NCBI GenBank assembly: GCA_000934665.2
Contig: JYFJ02001345.1
Location: 62,001-82,272 of the forward strand
DNA length: 20,272 nucleotides
Direction of reading: 5' to 3'
Origin: Catajapyx aquilonaris
Lineage: Eukaryota
Part shown: piece after piece, positions 10,442 to 20,272 of the stretch
Numbering within the stretch: position 1 is the first letter of the stretch
Layout of the letters: each line of letters starts with the position of its first letter
Program-made: the position numbers and the translations under genes
The notes under the pieces: generated by a model
Database searches by the model: none
What the model was told of the DNA's origin: nothing
Seen by the model: the letters and a program-made list of their open reading frames with translations, nothing else

Positions 10442-10746
10442 GTGGGCACTACCTCCGCCAAAAGTGGCGATGCATGCAGCCCCGCACATGCGCCTACTGT
10501 TGGAAGACATTCAGTAACGCATTTAACTTGAAGCAGCACGTGGTGAACGTACATGTTCAATCGGAGGGGGTGCGCTGCCCACTCTGTTCCAAGCTGTTGA
10601 AAAACAAGTGGTACCTGCGCAAGCACCTGGTCGGGGTGCACGGGGCTCCCCTCAAGAGGGTACGCACCCTCGACGGGCGCTTCGTCAGCATAGCCTCCCC
10701 TGCTACGCCCACACCAGCCTCACACACAGCTACATGCACGCTCTGA
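10442..10746 (+). CDS. BTB gene alternative terminal exon V1: two C2H2 zinc fingers
   Basis: Acceptor TTGCAG|GT, phase 1, in frame with the constant region. Encodes CAYCWKTFSNAFNLKQHVVNVH and CPLCSKLLKNKWYLRKHLVGVH. Isoform about 433 aa. Confidence 0.88.
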
Positions 10747-11173
10747 GTGTAAACAAAAAATATATATACAGTTTATGGAAGAAAGAAAAAATGAAATTAT
10801 ATGTATGGGGGAGCCTGAGACAGGTTGTGAAATGTTGCTCACATGCTCTCTCATTTTCGTAGTTCTGTAACTGGTGCTGTGTTGTATTGTGACAAGTTGT
10901 CACTCTACATTGTGTTGTGATTGTGGGGTAGGAACTATTGAATAATGTGACACGGATTTTTCAAGCTGCATTATATTTGTTGAGGATACTGTCGTGTTCA
11001 TATGAATTTGTCAATCAAATACCAATATTATTTTAAAGGTCTGCCAAATGTTGACAAAATTTCAGACTTTGGGGTGTAACCAGGTTTTGCCCACTGATTT
11101 ATGCAAAAAGCAAGTAATAATGTCAGCAAGATATTAAAGGTCAATTTTGCAACAGTAAAATAAATGACATGTT

Positions 11174-11329
11174 CAGTCAGTTACAGGAGTACCTTTCCAC
11201 ACCAGGCCGAGAAATTAGCCTCCAACAGAGGTGCTGCCTAGGGGGAGTCATTGCATCAGGGGGAGGCAAGACCTCTGTTGGAGGCTAATTTCTTGGCCTG
11301 GTGTGGAAAGGTACTCCTGTAACCGACTG
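11174..11329. mobile_element. MITE-like inverted repeat with CAGTC...GACTG ends (about 63-bp near-perfect arms)
   Basis: CAGTCAGTTACAGGAGTACCTTTCCACACCAGGCCGAGAAATTAGCCTCCAACAGAGGT matches the reverse complement of about 11271-11329 with 2 mismatches. No clean TA TSD. Confidence 0.75.
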
Positions 11330-11918
11330 TTCATTGTCAAAGCGAGCTGGATTATTTTTTAACAGTTCACGAATTATTCAAGAGCATGTTTAATATGAGA
11401 AGGTCAGTGTTACATAGAAAAACTTGCATATGAATCAGGCTCTTTGAATGATTTAATTATGCAGTAAAATATGCAGCAATACAGTTGGATTTTGGGCCAC
11501 ATTATTTGCCACTGTTTCTCTCAAGTTGTGTAAAAATGTGCCACTTATGTACACAGTAGGCAGACGATAAACATTGATGGCCCATGGATATTTATTAAGG
11601 TGACAAAGGCCTGTCACAAATTGTAGGTTATGATAATAGCCTCTGTTATCTTGGGTATAACTTTTTTCTATCCTGAATGTCTTGCGTTGTGGATTCTTCT
11701 GAACTGTTGCAGTGTTACCTTGACTAGTTATGATGATTCTAATGTTGCTCAACTCCTGAGTGACATGCTAACATGTGTTAGGATACTGGAGGGTTATTCT
11801 AATCAAACTATTCTATTGTGTACTGAGGGTGTGAGCTTACTTGCAGTGTATGCCAAATATACCGCATATGTTGGAAAAATTATTACAAGTTTACTCACTT
11901 TCATTAACGTTTTGTTAA

Positions 11919-12487
11919 CCTTTTGACGACTGAATTTTTGAGCCATTGCCTTACCCCAGGGCCTGAGTTCTTTTTCCCCTTTTCCGGAAATTTGATGAGT
12001 GATATTAATGAATAATAATCCGAGGACTGCCCAGATTACCCCTGGATTACCCATAGTTACCTGATCAAAATGACCCTGTGACCCATTTTTGAGGAGGGCA
12101 GAGGTCAAATTCTGACATCACCGAATCTCTTGAAATTCGGTGCATTGGTAGCCCACCCCAAGGGATGCAAAACACACTTATAGTGACCTGCTCAAAATGA
12201 CCCTGAGCCATTTTTGAGGGAGGGGGGGGGGGGGGGGGGGGNAGGTAAAATTCTGACCTCACCCATTTCTTGATATTCGGTACATTGACATAATTATGCC
12301 CCCCTCCAATGTAGGTCACAGTCACTTTGAGCAGTAACCATAGGTGCGTTTTTCATCCCTTGGGATGGGCTACCAATGCACCGAATTCCAAGAAAATAGG
12401 TGAGGTTGGAATTTACGAGTTGGAAGATGTCCCGAGTTGTCAGGGCAAATCTCAAGACATCATATGATGTCTGTAGTCGTCAAAGGG
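11919..12487. mobile_element. piggyBac-like non-autonomous element (copy 1)
   Basis: TTAA|CCTTTTGACGAC ... GTCGTCAAAGGG|TTAA. Internal about 125-bp subrepeats are shared with 18704-19738. Contains a poly-G run with an ambiguous base at 12242. Confidence 0.85.
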
Positions 12488-12946
12488 TTAAGTCCTGGAA
12501 ATGTATTGAGAGAAAGGTGTCCTGATGACAGACACCACAGATTCCTCTGTCAATGTGTCTTTGCTTCTCTTCCTCCCATTCCCTCTCCTGTGTGGCTCAG
12601 GTGTGGGTTTACCTAACATGACTCAGGAACATCCGTAATGTCCACCACCAAGGATTTTAGCCAACTTGTGTTCCGTGAAGTATCATTAAAAACAATGGCG
12701 CTATGGCAGATGCAATGCCGCATTAGAGAGCAACAAATATGTGAAGTGTACAGTTGTGAAATGCACATTGGAACCCGAAGAACACCACTCACTCCCTGCC
12801 CCCACTAAATGGGCAATGTCAATGTTTCCACATGTTTGTTGGGGTTGCACTGCGTAAATCAGAGAGCACATTGTGTTTGAGAATGAATAATTTGAAGCTG
12901 ACAAATTTTTCAACTGTACACTGACACGGTTGCTGGACCATTGCAG

Positions 12947-13275
12947 GTCAGGACAATGTGATGGTTTGGTCACCCCAGAGTGTGCCAAATGCCTGTCATT
13001 GCACCCAATGCGGGGAGAAGCATGAGAGTCTTTCTTCTCTGGAAAACCATGTGCTTCAAGTGCACAGGGCTCAACCTGGCGTGCCTCATGCGAGCTATTG
13101 CCCCCACTGTGGGAAGCAGTACGACAACCTCTCCTCACTGAGATACCACGTGAAGCTCGTGCACTCAGCTTCTACTGACCGCTTATGCTGCCACATCTGC
13201 CCTGCTATTTTTCTGACAGAAAGCAGAGAAAATTACAAGCGGCACATGCTCCAGAAACATGGCACAAAGATATGA
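12947..13275 (+). CDS. BTB gene alternative terminal exon V2: three C2H2 zinc fingers
   Basis: Acceptor TTGCAG|GT, phase 1 in frame. Encodes CTQC..HVLQVH, CPHC..HVKLVH and CHIC..HMLQKH. AATAAA at 13475. Isoform about 441 aa. Confidence 0.85.
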
Positions 13276-14696
13276 TCTTCCAGTCGAGCCAACTAAACAG
13301 GGTGTTCCAGCTGAAAGCATTCAGTTGGAACACACTGTCGCATGTACCATCAGCACAGAAATTGTTTGGACACTTGCGGGTAGGCTGACCTTTGATAAGT
13401 GTCCTGACCATTTCTGTGCCGACAGTACTGGGTGTAATATGTTCTGATTAGCACAAGCAGAGATCATTCCTTCCAATAAATGAAATGACCGATTTCCAAC
13501 GAGTCTCACTTTTAATTTTTCGAAGAACAGGCAAAGTAAAATAAATGTTATTTATCACACACAGGCAGACATTTTTTTAACAAATTTTTTAATTTTATGA
13601 CCCCGTTGTGCTGGAACCTAACCCCATCAAAAAATGGGGTCTACCCATGTCAGATTGATGTATAAAAATTCAGAGGGCCGCATGTGCTTAATTAAATGTA
13701 GTCTTGTGCTTGTATTAAGCAGTCATGCAATGAATCAAATAAATCTGCCCAGGGCTTATCATAATTTTGCGCACATCTGTGTTTGTAACACTTTCAATGT
13801 GGCATGAGTTGCAGGGAAGGCCACTTGCAACATCTTTGTGATTTTGTGTCAAACGTGAAGGTGAAGAAGTCATGGGAGTCAGCATGATGTAAATATCCAC
13901 TTGTCAAGATGCGAGCTGATTCTGTAAAATATTTGTACAATCATACTGTAATTCAAGATGATCTTGCATTTAGCTTCAAGTGAAACTGGATCATCCTGCA
14001 GTTATTTAGAGCGTAGATGTTGCCACGATTGAAAATTGAGTATGTTAAGCTTTCGTATAATTTGTTAATATGTTCTGCTTCGACATATATTCCCTCCTCA
14101 AGTTGTGTCCTGATTTTGTTACATTGTGAATAAAGTAACGGTGAAATCAACTATTCGTTGCAAGAAATCCGCTACTGATTATTTTTATTTATTTTATACC
14201 TCATAAAAATATAGCTGTGCACACTAATTGTTCTATCTTGAAAGGGAATGCCGACATGAAATATTACTTGCAGGGGTCAAAAGTACACAATGTATATCCT
14301 TACAGCTTACACTGTACACTGTGATATTTGTGAAATTTTGGCAGCATGCAGGTGCAGTTACTCAACCTCTGACGTGTGATTCAAGGACTTGGCTTGCAAA
14401 TAACTGGAACATCCTGATTATCCGAGCTGAACAGTGTAAAATTACAAGTGTGCGAAAATTATTTCCTGTATAATTACTTTTTAACGAACAATTTGGTCTA
14501 AAGCTTACTCTCTACCACAGAGTTTTTATGCAGGAATGTTTTGTTACAGTATTATTTCCTTACTTTTGAAGCAAATCCTGTGAAATGTGCATCCCTATGG
14601 TACGGTAAGCATGAAAACAACCAGGGCCAGCAGTGAAGTCAAAAGTACCATGTTGAGCACATCAGAGGCTAAGTAGCTTTTGCTTTCTCTTTCCAG

Positions 14697-15079
14697 ATCG
14701 GTTCTCAAGCCGGCCGTGTCCGTACTGTTACAAAATCATTTCGAATCAGTCCAACCTGCAGAAACACATGAAGATTCGACACAGCAACGTGTTTAAGCGA
14801 GAAGTATGCCGATTTTGCCAGAAGGTTTTCAAAAACAAGTACAGTCTGGGGGCTCATCTGTACACCTATCACAGGCTGCGAACCAATAGTCAGACAAATG
14901 AGATGTGCTATCCACAAGCTTGGGAAACTTCATTGGCATCCCACCACCAGAACCAGAGCCTGAATCTGAACCCACACAGTAATGTCGTTAAGGACTGTGC
15001 TCAACAGTTGCCGCCATTTCCCTTTGCACAGACTCCGGATATGTCTGTCACCATCCGGATGCCTCAAGAAGGAACCTGA
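14697..15079 (+). CDS. BTB gene alternative terminal exon V3: two C2H2 zinc fingers
   Basis: Strong acceptor CTTTCTCTTTCCAG|AT, phase 1. Encodes CPYCYKIISNQSNLQKHMKIRH and CRFCQKVFKNKYSLGAHLYTYH. Isoform about 459 aa. Confidence 0.88.
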
Positions 15080-15984
15080 CCACTTCAAGTGTGAAAAGCA
15101 AAGGGCAAAACCTGGGCTACTTACACAGCGGCCAGTGTGTGCTTTTTGTGTGACCGATACTCATTTGGCAGCTTTTATTGACACTGACATTCAAAGTTTT
15201 ATAAATATATTCCAAGTGCTAATCCCGTATGTAAGGTACAACTGACCCGCGTGATCGTAGTTTATATTTATGCATTAACTGAACTGAATTGTGTGTTGTA
15301 TTTCAACAAAATATGCAAATGAGACTATGCTTAGTACTTTTATCAGTTGAAATGCTGCGGCAGCTGTGAAGCCAAACTGATAATTTACACAGGGTGTTCC
15401 GATTGATGTGTGTAGCAGTAGCAATATTTTGGCTCTAAACTTCTTATTTTGAGCAGTTATTTTTGCACAATTCACAATTATTCCGATCTTGAATCGATGG
15501 TTTAATTTTGCCTAATATCAGCCGAGTCTAATACTTTAGATAACCACTGAATGTATGCGACAGTAACTGCTTAAAAATAAGATTAATGCCAAAAAATTGA
15601 TAACCACTGCCCACATTTCAATAGGAACAATTATTGTACCGGTATATCAAAGGTGTATTTGTCATAGCCCAAATAGTACGGTAATGCATTTAAGTTTCTC
15701 GCAAGTAATCCAATTCTGCATTATGCCATGTCTTGCTTAGCCATACTCTGATGGCAAACCCAGTCTTTCAAGAAACGTCCAAGTGTGGACAAGGCTTAGA
15801 AGGCAGCTGAAAAAGCATTTATTCTCGAGTGTCACCTTTTGTATTACCTTTAATTACAGTGCTTTAAAGTGAGTTTATGCAAGTCCTGTACAAAGGAGCC
15901 TGGCATTTCGTAATAAAATTAAATGAATGCAACCTGTCGTCAATTCATACGGGTGCAATTTTAGCAATGAATTGTCCTTTCCAG

Positions 15985-16346
15985 ATAGGAAATGGGTCAG
16001 CCTGGAGCAAGGCCTTCCATGTGAGTTCGAAGTGATCAGTCCCCCACCTGAAAACTTTCCCCATGTAGAAGGCAGGAGACAGTCTGGCTGCCAAGAAGTG
16101 GACCATCAGGAAAGTGCGTCCAGTGATCCACCTCTCCAACCACCCCCACCACCGCCTCAGGCTGCTTATCGTTCTCCTCCCGGAAGGCGTGCTCCTGGGT
16201 GGGACTCCATGCGCTACCACGAACGCAAGCACACCTGGCATTCCCGCAGGCCCGTCGTGTGTCCCAACTGCAGCCGACTCATCTCCAAGGCATACAACCT
16301 CAACTCGCACCTGCGGACATGCCTTCAGAGGGTCCAACTCTCATAG
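15985..16346 (+). CDS. BTB gene alternative terminal exon V4: Pro-rich spacer plus a single C2HC finger
   Basis: Acceptor TCCTTTCCAG|AT, phase 1. Encodes CPNCSRLISKAYNLNSHLRTC (C-x2-C-x12-H-x3-C). AATAAA at 16375. Isoform about 452 aa. Confidence 0.78.
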
Positions 16347-16910
16347 GGTTTTTCTGTGTAGGCCAATCAGCATGAATAAATAATGCATCACAACTTGCAC
16401 ATTACATTGTTGTTGAAGAAGCTATGTAGTTAGCCTTCAAGTGGAATGTAAATGACTACAATGGCATGTGTACAGAGAAAGTACAGGATCTTGCATACTC
16501 AGCAGTGTACTGAACACACGGCCAGGAGCAATTTCATCCTAGTTTTATGCAACTGCATCAATGTCACATTGGGCAGTATAAATTGTAGGATTAAAAGTAT
16601 GACGGTTACGAGCCTGTCCAGAGGGTTTTTCACTGCCTTTCCACACACCTGCAATAGTATAGAAAGTCACTGGCGGGTGTACTCTTCGTGCATGTTGCTC
16701 AAGAATTCCATCAAACATGAAAGCACCGGAAGTATTCACAACTACACCCAATGAAACAAAAGCACATATGGCACCCTGACCTTCCCGCCTCTTCCTGCAC
16801 GTTATGTCATATCATTTGTGCCATCTCTGTGATGTACATCATGAGAGCAAGGAAGGCATGATTTGAAAACACGTGCTGGGTTTAATTCCTCCTTAGGTAA
16901 CGGAAGAGTC

Positions 16911-18093
16911 ATGCTGCGTATTTGCTCAGCTATTTTATTGCTATGTGCCACAGCAACAGTACTGCAGGTAAATAATGAATAACTGTTTATCTGCCAAATT
17001 TTCATTCATGTATTTCCTGTCAGGCTGGTGAGAGTGAGGAAAATGGCATTAACGACATTGCTGGAGAGGATTATGTAGCCACAGAAGGTTTGAACCTGTC
17101 TATTTCCTTATACTCGCATACTTTATGTCCAGCCCCATGAATTTCTAACCAAATTTAATGTCCCATTTCAGGTAATGCAAACGACACCATGATCTTAAAT
17201 TACTGCATGGAAAATCATGACATCGAAGTGATTCGGGTAAGGAGTAATAATCAGCAAATGTGGACTTGCACTTGACTGATCCGTACAATAATGGCAGGCA
17301 TGCAGAATTTCTGAGACATCAGCTGACGCCATCGTGACATGTGCCAAAGAGCTTCACATCATGTTGCCATGCTTCCTGCTGTCCATCATGGAAAGAGGCG
17401 ACTGGGAAAAATGCAGCGAGATTGAGGAACCGGAGACAGTTTGGGAGAACTTCACTCAGGAACTGGTGGACAAGGTTGGTCATGCTGACTTATAAGGTTT
17501 CACAGCTAACAAAGATACCACTCTTTTTGCAGTGCTTGGTCAGATGTATATGGCAGAAACTGGGATTTGTAAGAACTACCTCACTTTACAAGTGACATAA
17601 TTATGGTCTCCTAACTAATAGCATCCCATTCTCAGATGAATGAAGCCGGACAGATGCGTGAAGAGTCTCACATTAAGTATCTGAACGAGCACTATGCCAA
17701 CAAAAATGGCAGAGGTTCCGATATGACAGTAGAGGAAAAGGCCAACCTCCAGGCTTGCATGGATGCCCCTCTACCTGTTCATCCGTTTCCATTCGCCAAC
17801 CTTACCAAAGGCAAGTAGCAGGCTGAGTATAGCCTACCGGCCAAGCCCCAATGAACTACATGAGAGTGTTCATTTCAGAGAGGGACCCTTCATGTGAACT
17901 GGCCGAGCATTCCCTCGTGTGCTCCGAGGAAGCAATAGACATGGTACTTACAGCTAATTTCCATCATGAATTTACTATTGCAGCAGTTGCACATTATGAT
18001 GTACTATATTCATACTTCCAGTATGTCATGAGCTGCATCAAGGAAGAATGCTACCTACATCATCAGAAGGACCATGCAATAAAGAGCCTGTGA
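16911..18093 (+). CDS. Secreted odorant-binding-protein (PBP/GOBP)-like protein, 12 Cys (Plus-C-like), about 236 aa
   Basis: Exons 16911-16967, 17024-17087, 17172-17236, 17298-17474, 17533-17568, 17636-17810, 17879-17943 and 18022-18093 total 711 nt, phase consistent. Signal-peptide-like MLRICSAILLLCATATVLQA. OBP signatures KCLVRCIWQKLGFMNEAGQM (C2-x3-C3) and DPSCELAEHSLVC (C5-x8-C6). AATAAA at 18214. Confidence 0.78.
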
Positions 18094-18443
18094 TCAGCAT
18101 CAGCCCCCTTTTCCTATTTCAGTTGAAACGATATATGAACAGCTGTAACAAGCATAATTATGTAAAACCCTCTTGGTTGTTTCAAAAATGACAGACACAA
18201 TGACATATTTCAAAATAAATTAAATGGCAATTAGTTTCTTTTCAATTTATGGGGAGATTCCGATGCTCTTCATCCCCACACAAATGTGATTTTCATATTT
18301 TCCACCTATGCATCCGACTTGAAAGTTTCTTCTAAGGATCAAGAAAAATGTCTGCCATTTTCAATAGTCCCAAATTTCTCAAAAACTACCCAGGATTGCC
18401 CTCCATGGGGAACCCTGCCCTGGTAGTCTGGACGTTAAGGGAT

Positions 18444-20272
18444 TCAACCGTGCATCTGGTGAAAAAAGCATGAAATTTGGTACAAACGTCCCTGAGAGCA
18501 TACTCTTCCAATTCAGATATGGCGCCACGCCCGTTTTCGCCCAGGAGGCGGGTGAAAAGTATTTTTCTGAGCGAACTATGCCTCTTAGGCGGATATGTTC
18601 CAAACAAATGTTGTGGGGAAACATGTATGCTACAAAAAGTATATAGTAACTTTTCCACGTACGGTCCGTATTTTCGGAGTTACAGCGACTTGAACCAAAT
18701 TAACCCTTTGCTGCCTACGTCCATCATATGATGTCCGGCGATTTGCCCTGCCAACTGAGGTCATTTTTCAACGCAAAAAATTTCAACCTCACCGATTTTC
18801 TTCAAATTCGGTGCATTGGTAGCCCACACCAAGGGATGAAAAACGCACCTATAGTTACCTGATCAAAATGACCTCGTGACCCAATTTTGAGGGGGGCAGA
18901 GGTCAAATTTTGACCTCACCGGATTTTTTTTTCAAATTCGGTGCATTGGTAGCCCACCCCAAGGGATGAAAAACGCACCTATAGTGACCTGATAAAAGTG
19001 ACCCTGTGACCCAATTTTGAGTGGGGCAGAGATCAAATAATAAAATTCCGACCTCGCCGATTATCTTCAAATTCGGTGCATTAGTAGCCCACACCAAGGG
19101 ATGACAAACCCACCCATAGTTCCCTGCTCGACATGACCCTGTGACCCATATTGGAGGGAACCTATGTCAATGCGCCGAATTTCAAGAAAATTTGTGACTG
19201 GCACTTGCAAAGTCTCCCTTGTGATTCACTAAGGCGGGTAGTACGTGTACGCAAAAAATGTAAGTGTGTATAACCCCCGAATTTCAAGAGAATCGGTGAG
19301 GTTGGAATTTGACCTCTGCCCTCATCAGAATTGGGTCACGAGGTCATTTTGATCAAGTAACTATAGGTGCGTTTTTCATCCCTTGGGGTGGGCTACCAAT
19401 GCACCGAATTTCAAGAAAATCGGCGAGGTCGAAATTTTATGATTTGACCTCTGCCCCCCTCAAAATTGGGTCACGAGGTCATTTTTATCAGGTCACTATA
19501 GGTGCGTTTTTCATCCCTTGGTGTGGGCTACCAATGCACCGAATTTGAAGAAAATCCGGTGAGGTCGAAATTTGACCTCTGCCCCCCTCAAAATTGGGTC
19601 ACGAGGTCATTTTTATCAGGTCACTATAGGTGCGTTTTTCATCCCTTGGTGTGGGCTACCAATGCACCGAATTAGAAGAAAATCGGCGAGGTCATAAAAT
19701 TCCCGGAAAAGGGGAAAAAAAACTCCGTCATCAAAGGGTTAAGGGGACGAAAAAAAAGTCAACCGTGCATTGGTGAAATTTGGTAAGAATGTCCCTGAGA
19801 CCATACTCTTCCAATCCAGATATGGCACCATGGCCGTTTTCGCCCTGGAGGCCCGTAATTGCGGGTTGGCTACCTTGAAGCGAGTTAAAAGTCTTTTCCG
19901 AGCGAACTATGCCTCTCAGGCGGATATGTGCCAAACAAAGGTTGTCTAGAAACATGTACTCTACAAAAAGTATAAAGTTTCTTTTCCACGCACGGTCCGT
20001 ATTTTCGGAGCTACAGCGACTTGAAAAAGAATTTTCACTCGCTGAAGGGTAGCCAACCCGCAATTACGGGCCTCCTTAGCGAAAACTGGCGTGGCGCCAT
20101 GTCTGATTTTGAAGAGTACCGTATGGTCCCTAGGACTTTCCTACCAAATTTTATGCTTTCATCCCCAAAGTGCAAGGTTGACCCTTTCATTCCTTAATTC
20201 CATGACTATGGATGGGTTCAAGTCACTGTAGCTCTGAAAATAAGGACTCTACGTGGAAAAGGTACTTCATAC
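18444..20272. repeat. About 250-bp unit repeat in direct and inverted copies (probable DNA-transposon subterminal array), interrupted by the piggyBac-like element
   Basis: Unit TCAACCGTGCAT...TACAGCGACTTGAA at about 18444-18694 and 19759-20024. Inverted partial copies at about 20034-20182 and 20217-20272 (runs off the window). Confidence 0.8.
18704..19738. mobile_element. piggyBac-like non-autonomous element (copy 2, opposite orientation, expanded internal repeats)
   Basis: TTAA|CCCTTTG ... CAAAGGG|TTAA. Its left end matches the reverse complement of the right end of copy 1 (CATCATATGATGTC...GATTTGCCCTG). About three 125-bp units in each orientation flank a spacer at about 19180-19275. Confidence 0.85.

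Noticed and set aside
12218..12245. Poly-G run / polyproline ORF
   Set aside because: Homopolymer inside a MITE containing an N; length is unreliable.
14274..14473. Possible extra phase-1 exons at 14274 and 14306 (the latter reads AYTVHCDICE...)
   Set aside because: A lone CxxC without His ligands and an early stop; compatible with chance, so not called as a finger exon.
9940..16800. Opposite-strand variable exons as in mod(mdg4) trans-splicing
   Set aside because: Minus-strand ORFs here show no C2H2 or FLYWCH pattern; the longer ones are shadows of plus-strand exons.
18379..20063. Several 64-110 aa ORFs in the repeat region as possible transposase
   Set aside because: No DDE/DDD or RT motifs; the ORFs simply mirror the repeat units.

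Overview
Eukaryotic, gene-dense genomic DNA with many 56-170 nt introns, most likely from an arthropod and probably a hexapod (inferred from the Ttk-type BTB gene and an OBP-like gene). Four protein-coding loci could be reconstructed by hand with phase-consistent splice sites. (1) The first coding exon of S-adenosylmethionine decarboxylase on the minus strand (2205-2344); it is absent from the ORF track and the rest of the gene lies left of the window. (2) A complete 8-coding-exon UTP14 gene on the minus strand (3603-7075, about 728 aa, one GC-AG intron). (3) A divergently transcribed Tramtrack/Broad/lola-type BTB gene with 5 constant coding exons (7849-9920), followed by four tandem phase-1 terminal exons that each encode a different zinc-finger module (10442-16346). 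(4) A secreted 12-cysteine odorant-binding-protein-like gene in 8 small exons (16911-18093, about 236 aa), mostly invisible in the ORF track. Non-coding DNA contains several MITE/foldback elements. These include two copies of a TTAA-flanked piggyBac-like MITE and a foldback repeat packed with CRE, YY1, CCAAT and RFX-like motifs directly upstream of SAMDC. All calls were made by eye; no database searches were run.
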